32,288 nucleotides of DNA from Gemmatimonadota bacterium (GTDB taxonomy: Bacteria; Gemmatimonadota; Gemmatimonadetes; Palauibacterales; Palauibacteraceae). Both the position numbers and the translations under genes were made by a program. The stretch is taken from NCBI GenBank assembly GCA_039588275.1, contig JBDHAC010000070.1, forward strand, positions 1-32,288. Direction: 5' to 3'. Each line of letters begins with the position of its first letter. Position 1 is the first letter of the stretch. The notes below the pieces were generated by a model. That model saw only the letters and a list, made by a program, of their open reading frames with translations. It was not told where the DNA came from and made no database searches. Below, one piece after another: positions 7,277-15,368 of the stretch.

Positions 7277-10192
7277 TTACTCCTGGTCCAGACGCGGTAC
7301 GTCTATCTCGAAGCCGGGATACACCTGGCGTCCGAGCTCGTTGGGATCCACGAACGACAGATTCTGCCGGTACATGATCTCCGGCGAGGGCCTCAGGTAG
7401 ATCGCGCTCACCGCCTCGTCGTCGGCATCCGCGGATGCCACCTCGGATCGTGCGTGGTAGTCGGCGTCCTCCACGCGATCCGTACACTCGACGACCTGCA
7501 TCATCCCCATGTCTTCATGCAGCAGGATGTGGCAATGGTGGACCCACGTTCCGATGAAGTCATCGAAGCGCGTGCGGAATACCACACGGCCTCCGTTCCG
7601 CGGGATCGACACCGTGTCCATCCAGCGTGGTTCCGGGAGGATGTTGTGTAGCTCACCGTGCTCGTCGGGCACCTCGATCCGAATAACCCACATGGGGTTG
7701 ATGTGGATGTGGAACGGATGGTCGCTGCCTTTCGACGTGAGCATGAACTCCGGGTCTTCCCAAAACCTCCGCTGCCCCTCGGCGCGGGACATGACGTAAG
7801 GGTAGTAGTGGCCAAGATAGGATCCGGGCTGTGGGAATCGCTCCCGGTCGGTATGCCCCCACAAGGTCTGTGAGTTGTTGTACAGCACCCATTCTTCGGC
7901 AGTATTCACCAGCACGCGGGCCCGCCGGGGATCATAGGGCATGAACTTACGCGGCAACTCAGGATCCGGATTGCGCGCCAGATCGAAGTCCGGGTTGATG
8001 GCCATCGTGCGCGTGAGGTTGGGCAGCAGCACAGACACCCCGTCCTGCATGCCCCACAGAAGGTTCTCAAGCTCGGGACGAGCTTCGGCGAAGCCCTCGG
8101 GGGTCCGTATGCAGGGGAAGACCGCACCTCCGGTCCCGGAGTAGGAGATCACGCGGGTCCGGGCGCTGCCCGCGTCGACCCTGGTGCGTCGAGCTTCCTC
8201 CGGCGGGACCCTGAGCTCTTCTTCTTTGACGGGCTGCAGAAGTGGCGGGACGGGAGGCAGACGATCTCGGAGGCTGAGCACGTCGAAGTCCCCTCCCTCC
8301 ACCGGCTTGCCGCTGACGTGGATGTAGGCCACGACGACGTCGAAGTCGGGCCGGAACTCCGCGACGATGCCCCTCGCGATCTCGGTCTGCAGTTGCCCCT
8401 GGAAGTTGTCCGTCTGGACGTGCGCCTCCTGAGCGAAGATCGTGAATGTCTTCTCCGCCGCGTCGAGGGGGGCCTTGAAGAAGAGGTCCGTCCGGTTCGC
8501 GTTCCCCAGGTAGACTTCGTTGGGGCGCACGAAGCATCGCCGCAGTGAGTCGCCATCCCGGAAGCATGCTTCGTACGCGCGCAGGCGGGCCCGCGCCTCG
8601 TCCTCCCCCTCTTCGGCTGGCGTCGTGAACGGGTTCCTCGTCCCCGGGTTCTGTTCCGACAGGTCCTTGATCGTATGCCGCGCTTCGCCGTTTTCCTCGG
8701 TCACGAGGGTCATGCCGTCGAACGAGAGCTGGTGGAGAGGGAGCTTCGCCGCCTCGATCTCCGCCAGGGTGACGGGCTCCAGCCGGCGTCGGCGGTCCTC
8801 GCCCTCGCCCTCCGCGACGACGCGCCACATGCGATTGCGGCGCTGAACGAATTGCCCCTCCAGGACCATGAAGCGCTTGGTGCCGCTGCCGTCGACGCTC
8901 CCGTTCAGCACCCGCCAGCGCTCCACCGCACCCGGTCTCATCCGCATCACGCTCGCCGGTTTCACACCGTTCACGGCCGTGAGCGGCGGGAACCGCAGGT
9001 TGTTGCGGCGCTCTCCGGCGTCCAGATCCAACGGTCCGACGAAGACCCGTTGGATGAGCACGAGTCGCTCGCGGTAGTCGTGCGGCCCCGTCCTCGTTTC
9101 CGGGTCGGGCCATGATTCGCCAGTCAGGGCGCGGTTGATCGCTTCGTCCACATCGCCTTCCACGATCAGGAAGCCGGCCATGCCGCTCGCGACCTGATCA
9201 TGCGTGGAGCCGTGGCTGTGCGGGTGATACCAGTGCGTGCCGGACGGGTGGGGCATCACGCTGCCGTCCTTCTCTAAACCCAGACGGTACGCGTATTCGA
9301 GCTCCCCCACGTGCTCATGCTCTCCCAGGGTCCCCAACTCGGGGTCGCCCGAAGCCTGGCGGGCTTCCCAGTCGGCGCGCGGCAGGATGCGGAGCAGCAC
9401 GTTGTCGGAGTGCGTGCCGTCCGGGTTGGTCTCGGGGGCCACGTGCAGGCCGTGCGTGTGGATATTCGTGACGTGCGTCGCGTGCTGTCCGTTGACGTGC
9501 TGCTTCAAGCTCCATCCCGGACGCACCTCCGGATGGATGACCTTGAGGAGCTGTTCAGGAAAGAAGAAGGGGTTGCACGGGCGCGGATCGTTCGGATCTC
9601 CTCCACGCACTTCCGCCTCCACGAGGCGGCACACCTCGCGATCCGTATCGAGCGGTAGATCGACCGGATCGGGACTGGGGCCGACGTGTGTTTCCTGTTC
9701 GTCGAGGGGGAGCGTATTGCGGATCCGGATCCTGAGGACGTCGTCGTTCCGGACCCGGACTGTCGGGCCGGGGCTCGCACCGTTGTAGCTGAAGATCGCA
9801 GGGGCCGGGTTCCCGGGCGACGGCGATGGTCCCGGATTCTGATGCCGGATCAGGTTCAATTCGAGGTGCTGGCCGGGCCAGTGATCCGGCCGCCACGTCC
9901 AGGGCTCCTGCCAGTTCTCTGCCCCTACGAGCTCGGGGTCGACAAGGTCGCCTATCTCGGGGGGCGATGCCGCCGCCCGGGCCGCCGCTGCTGCGGCCTC
10001 CGAGCCTTGGCCCCCTTGCGTCCCGTCGGCGCCGGGTGGCGTGCCTTGCCCCTCGGGCGACGGACCCTGCTCGGGCTGGACTGGAGGCGCACACGCCGCC
10101 AATGAGGCCGCTACGCTCGTCGCACTCCACTTGAGGAAATCCCGTCTGTCGGGCGAAGGCGATCTGGAGTCTCCGCAGGGATCGTTGCTCAC
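7277..10192 (-). CDS. Large Tat-exported multicopper oxidase (probable lipoprotein)
   Basis: Probable GTG start at 10192 after GGGAGA. Twin-arginine DRRDFLK and lipobox-like LAAC. Copper motifs TNIHTHG, HWYHPHSHG, HPFHIH and HHCHILLHEDMGMM. Confidence 0.9.
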   Translation of the reverse strand: MSNDPCGDSRSPSPDRRDFLKWSATSVAASLAACAPPVQPEQGPSPEGQGTPPGADGTQGGQGSEAAAAAARAAASPPEIGDLVDPELVGAENWQEPWTWRPDHWPGQHLELNLIRHQNPGPSPSPGNPAPAIFSYNGASPGPTVRVRNDDVLRIRIRNTLPLDEQETHVGPSPDPVDLPLDTDREVCRLVEAEVRGGDPNDPRPCNPFFFPEQLLKVIHPEVRPGWSLKQHVNGQHATHVTNIHTHGLHVAPETNPDGTHSDNVLLRILPRADWEARQASGDPELGTLGEHEHVGELEYAYRLGLEKDGSVMPHPSGTHWYHPHSHGSTHDQVASGMAGFLIVEGDVDEAINRALTGESWPDPETRTGPHDYRERLVLIQRVFVGPLDLDAGERRNNLRFPPLTAVNGVKPASVMRMRPGAVERWRVLNGSVDGSGTKRFMVLEGQFVQRRNRMWRVVAEGEGEDRRRRLEPVTLAEIEAAKLPLHQLSFDGMTLVTEENGEARHTIKDLSEQNPGTRNPFTTPAEEGEDEARARLRAYEACFRDGDSLRRCFVRPNEVYLGNANRTDLFFKAPLDAAEKTFTIFAQEAHVQTDNFQGQLQTEIARGIVAEFRPDFDVVVAYIHVSGKPVEGGDFDVLSLRDRLPPVPPLLQPVKEEELRVPPEEARRTRVDAGSARTRVISYSGTGGAVFPCIRTPEGFAEARPELENLLWGMQDGVSVLLPNLTRTMAINPDFDLARNPDPELPRKFMPYDPRRARVLVNTAEEWVLYNNSQTLWGHTDRERFPQPGSYLGHYYPYVMSRAEGQRRFWEDPEFMLTSKGSDHPFHIHINPMWVIRIEVPDEHGELHNILPEPRWMDTVSIPRNGGRVVFRTRFDDFIGTWVHHCHILLHEDMGMMQVVECTDRVEDADYHARSEVASADADDEAVSAIYLRPSPEIMYRQNLSFVDPNELGRQVYPGFEIDVPRLDQE

Positions 10193-10506
10193 GTGACTCG
10201 GTCTCCCGTTAGGCCATCTTCGGAGTGGGTCCGGCCTGCCTCGGAGACCAAAGACCCAAGGAATGCAAGCTCGAAAGATATCAGCCGAGGTCGGGTGTGC
10301 AGCCCCCGGGTCCGAATGCACTTCGGCCATTGACATGGCGAGCACCGTGCTTGACCGGCCGTGCAGGGCCCCCGCACGTTGCGTCCCCGACGCCCGTTCG
10401 CATGGAGAGGACATCGGCCACTGCGGCACCAGGGCCGGAGACGGGCCAGTGTCAGCCAGCTCTCTGAACGACCCGCCCGAGTTCGAGCCGGAGTAGAATC
10501 GACCCC

Positions 10507-13254
10507 GTGAGAACTGCCTTCTTCTTGTTTCGAATGCCGCGAGGGCTTTGCGGCCTCGCCGTTACGGTCCTCGTGGCTGCTTCGTTCACAGCTGGGGCCG
10601 CGTTGCTCTCCGCACAGGCCGTCACGGGAGAGGTGTCGGGGCGCGTGAGGTCCACCGACGGCGCTCCGCTCGCCGACGTCGTAGTCACGGTTACGGGCGT
10701 AAACCGCCGGGACGAACACGGCATCCTGACTGACAGCCGGGGCGCCTTCCGCTTCCCGGCCCTGCCCGTAGGAGAGTACTCGGTCCGGCTGAACCGCATC
10801 GGTCACCAGACCGTCGTCTACACCGGTGTGCGGGTCCACCTTAGACGCACATCCTGGCTGGGCGAGATCACCCTGCCAGTCGCCGCCGTCTCCATGGAGC
10901 CATTGACGGTCGAGGTGGGCGGCACCCCGGTCGATCCGACTCGAGCGGCCGTCGGCATGACCCTGAGCGCGAGCGAGTTCCGCCAGCTCCCGACCGACCG
11001 CGACTACAAGTCGATCATACAGCTCCTCCCACACGCCAACGCGAGCTTCCTCGGGGATCCCGTGAACGTGGCCGGCAGCACGGGACTCGAGAACGCGTAT
11101 TACGTCGAGGGCGTCGACGTCACCGACGTCTACCGGGGCCGGGGCGGGACGACGCTGCCGTACAACTTCGTCGAGGCCGTGGAGCTGAACGTCGGCGGCT
11201 ATGAGGCCGAGTACGGCGGCGCGCTGGGCGGAATCGTCAACGTCGTCACGCGGTCCGGCACCAACGAACTGCAGGTATCGGGTTTCGGGTACGTCACTGG
11301 CAGCGGCCTGTCCGCAGATCCGGCACCCGTCCCGGGGGTCCAAGAGCGGGCCGGCGTCGAAGAGCTCGATTTCGGGGTGAGTGTCGCCGGACCGGTCGCC
11401 CGCGACCATGTGTGGTTCTTCACCGCGTACAACCCAACCTTCGTGCGCGAGGATGTCCGCCTCCCCGAGTTTGCACTCCAGGAGGCTTCGCTCACCCGGC
11501 ACGTGTTCGCGGCCAAACTCGACTGGCGCGTGTCGGCCCGCGCAGACCTCGCGTTCGCCGTCTTCGGCGACCCCACTAGCGAGCGCCGGGTCGCCCCCCC
11601 CTCTGGGGGGGTTCAGCTGCAGAACCCTGATCCGATCCTGAGCCGTCACAACAAGGGCGGTGTCAACGCGTCGCTCCGGGGGACGGTCCGGATACACGAG
11701 AAGCTCGTGCTGGAGGGATCCCTCGCGCACCACCAGGGGCGCGAGGACCTCGAGGGGGCCACCGAACTCGGTCGCCGGGAGCCCGTCTTCCTGGACCGAC
11801 GGAACCTGCCCCGGATCCTCCTCTCCGGCGGGCACCGAGACGACCAAGAGCTGGCCAGCGCGCGGAACTCCGTGAAGCTGAAGGCAAACTTCTTTGCAGG
11901 CGGTCACACGATTGCAGGAGGTCTACAGTATCAGGACATTCGGCTCGACGTGCTGAACCTGGAGGATCCCGGTCAGGTCATCCGCACCGCCGACTCCCTC
12001 TACGAGGCCTCCTTCTTCAACCAGGACTTCACCGTCCGTAGCCGGGTCGTGAGCCTGTTCCTCCAGGACTCATGGGCCCTCACGGACCGGCTCAGGATTC
12101 TTCCGGGCCTGCGCTGGGATGGGCAGTATCTGATCGATCAGAACGGGGCCGTCGGCCAGCGCATCGCGGACCAGTTTCAGCCACGTCTCGGGTTCACGTA
12201 CCTGGCCGGCAGAGAGGGGCGTCACAAGATCTTTGGCCACGTCGGCCGTTTCTACCAGCAGCTGGCGCTATTCTGGTCGACGCTCGGACTGGCCGGCACC
12301 GATCAGCGGCAGGCGTTCTTCCACCGGGATCCGCGCGTATCCACCGATTCCCCCGACTCCGTGCGGGTGTTTGCCGACCCGGCGCAGATACGGGGCGGTG
12401 TCGAGGATCTCGAGGGGGAGCACCAGGACGAGTTCGTGCTGGGATACGAGGCGGCGCTCGGGAGCGCGTTCACGGTAGGGGTCCGGGGGATCCACCGCTT
12501 GCTCGGGGCGAGCGTGACCACTGCCTTTCAACTCGAGGGCGAGCTGACGGGCGGCAACCCGGGCCGAGGCCCTCTGAGTCACCTTCCCGAGTCGAAGCGG
12601 ACGCATACGGCCCTCGAGCTCACCCTAGGGGTCCATCGGGCGGGGCTACGCGCGATGGCTTCGTACGTCCTTTCCAGAAGCCATGGCAACTACCCCGGGC
12701 TTTTCGCTGCGGATGCGGGCGGCCTTCGAGGTGGCAGCTTCGGCCCGAACAACAACCAGTTCACGTACTTCCCGGTCCAACAGGTCAACAGCGAGGGTCT
12801 GCTGCCCAACGACCGGACCCATGTCTTCAAGCTCTTCGGTGCATACGAGCTGGCTTTGGGGTTGACGATCGGCACCTCCGTCGTCGTCCAGGCCGGGACG
12901 CCGCTCAGCGAGTTCGGGAGGGTACCGAGCGGATTCAACACGCCGCTCTTTCTGGAGCCGCGTGGCTCTGAAGGCCGCTCGCCCGCCGTCTGGAACCTCG
13001 ACCTGCGGCTCACCTACGATCTTCCACGGAGCCTGCCGGGGCGGCTCATCCTGGACATGCTACACATCGGGAACCCGCAGGAGGCGGTGCGTTTCGACCA
13101 GCGGCGCTTCAACGGGGCGCGTGGCTCTCCCTTCGACTCGTTCGAGCAACTCGTGGCCAGTCAGGTCGGTGAGCGCCCGGCGTTCGGCACGCCCATCGGC
13201 TTCCAACCCCCTTTCACGGTCCGGCTGGGTTTCGAGACGGTCGTGCTGCCGTGA
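10507..13254 (+). CDS. TonB-dependent receptor with N-terminal carboxypeptidase-regulatory-like domain
   Basis: Signal peptide, GEVSGRV...GAFRFPALPVGEYSV domain, plug signature GGYEAEYGGALGGIVNVVTRSG, barrel strands FLQDSW and FQPRLGFTY, and C-terminal VRLGF. Confidence 0.9.
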   Translation: MRTAFFLFRMPRGLCGLAVTVLVAASFTAGAALLSAQAVTGEVSGRVRSTDGAPLADVVVTVTGVNRRDEHGILTDSRGAFRFPALPVGEYSVRLNRIGHQTVVYTGVRVHLRRTSWLGEITLPVAAVSMEPLTVEVGGTPVDPTRAAVGMTLSASEFRQLPTDRDYKSIIQLLPHANASFLGDPVNVAGSTGLENAYYVEGVDVTDVYRGRGGTTLPYNFVEAVELNVGGYEAEYGGALGGIVNVVTRSGTNELQVSGFGYVTGSGLSADPAPVPGVQERAGVEELDFGVSVAGPVARDHVWFFTAYNPTFVREDVRLPEFALQEASLTRHVFAAKLDWRVSARADLAFAVFGDPTSERRVAPPSGGVQLQNPDPILSRHNKGGVNASLRGTVRIHEKLVLEGSLAHHQGREDLEGATELGRREPVFLDRRNLPRILLSGGHRDDQELASARNSVKLKANFFAGGHTIAGGLQYQDIRLDVLNLEDPGQVIRTADSLYEASFFNQDFTVRSRVVSLFLQDSWALTDRLRILPGLRWDGQYLIDQNGAVGQRIADQFQPRLGFTYLAGREGRHKIFGHVGRFYQQLALFWSTLGLAGTDQRQAFFHRDPRVSTDSPDSVRVFADPAQIRGGVEDLEGEHQDEFVLGYEAALGSAFTVGVRGIHRLLGASVTTAFQLEGELTGGNPGRGPLSHLPESKRTHTALELTLGVHRAGLRAMASYVLSRSHGNYPGLFAADAGGLRGGSFGPNNNQFTYFPVQQVNSEGLLPNDRTHVFKLFGAYELALGLTIGTSVVVQAGTPLSEFGRVPSGFNTPLFLEPRGSEGRSPAVWNLDLRLTYDLPRSLPGRLILDMLHIGNPQEAVRFDQRRFNGARGSPFDSFEQLVASQVGERPAFGTPIGFQPPFTVRLGFETVVLP

Positions 13255-13532
13255 TTGGAGGCTGATCGGCAAGCTGGCGCAGGCCACGGCAATCGGGTGG
13301 CCCTCAGGGGACGGGGTCGTCGCTCCGCCGGCATTCGCAGTTGATGACGGGGAGTTGCGGGACACTGTCAATCGTGCGCCGTACACACCCATCAGTGGCC
13401 GAGAGCTCGCGCCTGGCAATCCCTCAGCGGGTAGGGCTATGAGTTGACGCAGAACAAGACGGCCGCTCGATCCTGCACCCACTGCGTGACAGTCTAGTCA
13501 AATCGAAGAAGAGAAGGAGGGTCCAGATGCAC

Positions 13533-13558
13533 GAAAGCCCGCATGGTTGCGGGCTTTC
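13533..13558. terminator. Intrinsic terminator-like hairpin directly 3' of tRNA-Pro fragment copy 2
   Basis: Perfect 11-bp stem GAAAGCCCGCA / TGCGGGCTTTC with loop TGGT, 6 nt from the fragment's 3' end. Confidence 0.65.
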
Positions 13559-13564
13559 TCGTAA

Positions 13565-13653
13565 TCGGGGCGGCGAGATTTGGGGAGCTTGCGACGAGCG
13601 AGGACCGCGTCAGCGGCCGCAGCTCTCACTCGCGACCTCCTGAACCCCATTCA
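13565..13653 (-). repeat. tRNA-Pro(GGG) 3' half with 45-nt T-loop insertion, copy 2
   Basis: Same as copy 1. The insert at 13583-13627 is identical; the T-loop reads ATTTG instead of ATTCG on the + strand. Confidence 0.88.
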
Positions 13654-13735
13654 ACCGCTCTCCGCGCCAAGGAACAGCGACGCCGTGGACCCCATATGGA
13701 CCCCACGGCGCTTTTTAGAAACTGCGTAATGTCAA

Positions 13736-13779
13736 TGCGCCCGGGAGAATTCGAATCCCCAACCTCCTGATCCGTAGTC
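13736..13779 (-). pseudogene. tRNA-Arg(ACG) 3' half, degenerate (att-like scar)
   Basis: The minus strand reads GA-CTACGGA-TCAGG AGGTT GGGGA-TTCGAAT-TCTCC CGGGCGC-A. The 5' half is absent. Confidence 0.75.
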
Positions 13780-13835
13780 GGCCGCGTTGTGCCCAATTTG
13801 TGCCCAAGACATTGACTGAGTTCCCGTAACTCTAA

Positions 13836-13927
13836 TCGGGGCGGCGAGATTCGGGGAGCTTGCGACGAGCGAGGACCGCGTCAGCGGCCGCAGCTCTCAC
13901 TCGCGACCTCCTGAACCCCCCACTCAG
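13836..13927 (-). repeat. tRNA-Pro(GGG) 3' half with 45-nt T-loop insertion, copy 3
   Basis: The insert at 13854-13898 is identical to copies 1 and 2. The anticodon region is altered (extended C run, then CACTCAG on the + strand). Confidence 0.85.
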
Positions 13928-14005
13928 TGTGTACGGGCGTTTCGAGCCGTTTCACGCGAACCTGTCATAAGGCTCGGGTCCTAATCGAAATCGCCCCCGT
14001 CGGGA

Positions 14006-14734
14006 TCACCAGAGCTGTCCGCTGATCTCTTGGCGCAGCTTACTCTGCAATCTCCTTGCTCGCATCAGGGCCGCCGACCCACTTGAAGCATCGATCCGAT
14101 CTGCCACCGTCTCCCAGAACTGACCTTTGGCCCCGTGTTCGAGGGGAATCCCGCCGCCTTCTCGTATTGCCGCTACTAACTCCTCTTCGGCGGAGCCAAT
14201 CACCTTGTTGTGCTTGGCCCCCCATGTCTTCCTCACCATTCCAAGGATGTTGTTCATGTCCTGCTGGTTGAGGTCCGGGGAGTAGAATGTGACCCTCACA
14301 CGGAATTCACCTCGTTGCTCCATCGGATTCTGCTCGATCTTCCACGCGCCACGGACAAACATCAACCGGCCGGTCAACACGTACCCCACCGTCGTGCGGT
14401 TCGGAACGCCGTACGCCTGCTCGATCCACTCCGCGCATTCGGCGAGAGGGCGAAGCGGGCTTTCCAATGGTCCAAGGACGTGCGCGAGTACCCCGTTCTC
14501 TAGGTTTACATAGGCCACGATAGGCGGTCGCGGCTCGCGGATCGGAGGTAGCTCCCCTCTCTCGAGGTGAGCCTGCCAGGACTCGATCCATTCGACAGCC
14601 TGACGGTAGCTACGCATCGGGAGACGTACTTGGGCTGCTGCCTGGATCTCCTGTCTGGTCTGCTCGATCCTCGGCCGCTCAAGCTCAAAGACAGCTCGCC
14701 ACCGCAGACGCATGCGGTTTCTTCCCGCTTCCAA
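14006..14734 (-). CDS. Hypothetical protein of the integrative element
   Basis: Long ORF (open to 14809) with natural amino-acid composition. Probable start is TTG 14734 after GGAGG, or ATG 14713. Divergent from the RHH gene across an AT-rich stretch. Confidence 0.6.
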   Translation of the reverse strand: MEAGRNRMRLRWRAVFELERPRIEQTRQEIQAAAQVRLPMRSYRQAVEWIESWQAHLERGELPPIREPRPPIVAYVNLENGVLAHVLGPLESPLRPLAECAEWIEQAYGVPNRTTVGYVLTGRLMFVRGAWKIEQNPMEQRGEFRVRVTFYSPDLNQQDMNNILGMVRKTWGAKHNKVIGSAEEELVAAIREGGGIPLEHGAKGQFWETVADRIDASSGSAALMRARRLQSKLRQEISGQLW

Positions 14735-14823
14735 GGCGCCTCCATTTTTAACGATTTCTTTTGTCGATTTCGAGCGTACAGTATACACGAAATGTGTACC
14801 TAACCTCAAGAGATGGACATGAT

Positions 14824-15033
14824 ATGGCTTACATCCAGCCTTTGAGGGATGCGACGGTCACGGCACGGATCACACTCGCGGACCGACAATTAGTCGAGAT
14901 CGCGGCGCGGGTATGTCGGACGACGGTGTCCGCATTCGTAGCCGAAGCTGCGACTGAGGCGGCGCGGCGTGAGCTGCTCCGCGATGATGCTCCACGGACC
15001 TCGGGCATCGCGGGTGGGGAGAGCGACTCGTGA
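14824..15033 (+). CDS. DUF1778-like ribbon-helix-helix DNA-binding protein
   Basis: RDATVTARITLADRQLVEIAARVCRTTVSAFVAEAATEAARREL fits the RHH/TacA-like pattern. Confidence 0.7.
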   Translation: MAYIQPLRDATVTARITLADRQLVEIAARVCRTTVSAFVAEAATEAARRELLRDDAPRTSGIAGGESDS

Positions 15034-15368
15034 GTCGGGCCTGGGCGTGCCAAATGGTCTACCGCTCCGGCCTGTACACCGCACGCACGCTGGACGACGT
15101 GAGGGATAGCGTTCGCGGGATCCTGTTCCTCGTCCACGACGGCGAAGGCCGGCCCATTCCGCTCATCGATAGCCGGATTCTCGCTCAGCTCTACCGCGAG
15201 GTGCTCGTCGCGATCGCCGTTTCCGAAGGATCGACCCCAACCGTTTCAGCACCTGCTAAGTGCTCGGGTGGCCGGGCACGTCCACGTAAGCCCCGAACAC
15301 GCTTGTCGGTACGCCTTCCCGACCCTCGTCGGGGGGGTGGGGCAGGTCGGGCGGGGATCGACCGATGA
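15030..15368 (+). CDS. Hypothetical protein
   Basis: GTGA overlap with the upstream gene and ATGA overlap with the downstream gene (15365) indicate translational coupling. Confidence 0.5.
   Translation: MSRAWACQMVYRSGLYTARTLDDVRDSVRGILFLVHDGEGRPIPLIDSRILAQLYREVLVAIAVSEGSTPTVSAPAKCSGGRARPRKPRTRLSVRLPDPRRGGGAGRAGIDR

Noticed and set aside
10189..11907. Long antisense ORFs (also 20455-22014, 22116-23324, 29938-31479, 31412-32206)
   Set aside because: They are shadow frames of well-supported genes on the opposite strand, as expected in high-GC DNA.
13565..13927. CRISPR array or functional tRNA genes
   Set aside because: The repeats are about 90-bp tRNA 3' halves lacking the D-arm and 5' acceptor strand, and the spacing is irregular.
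14824..15368. TacA/TacT (DUF1778-GNAT) toxin-antitoxin pair
   Set aside because: The downstream 112-aa ORF shows no GNAT acetyl-CoA motif; the RHH is more likely an element regulator.
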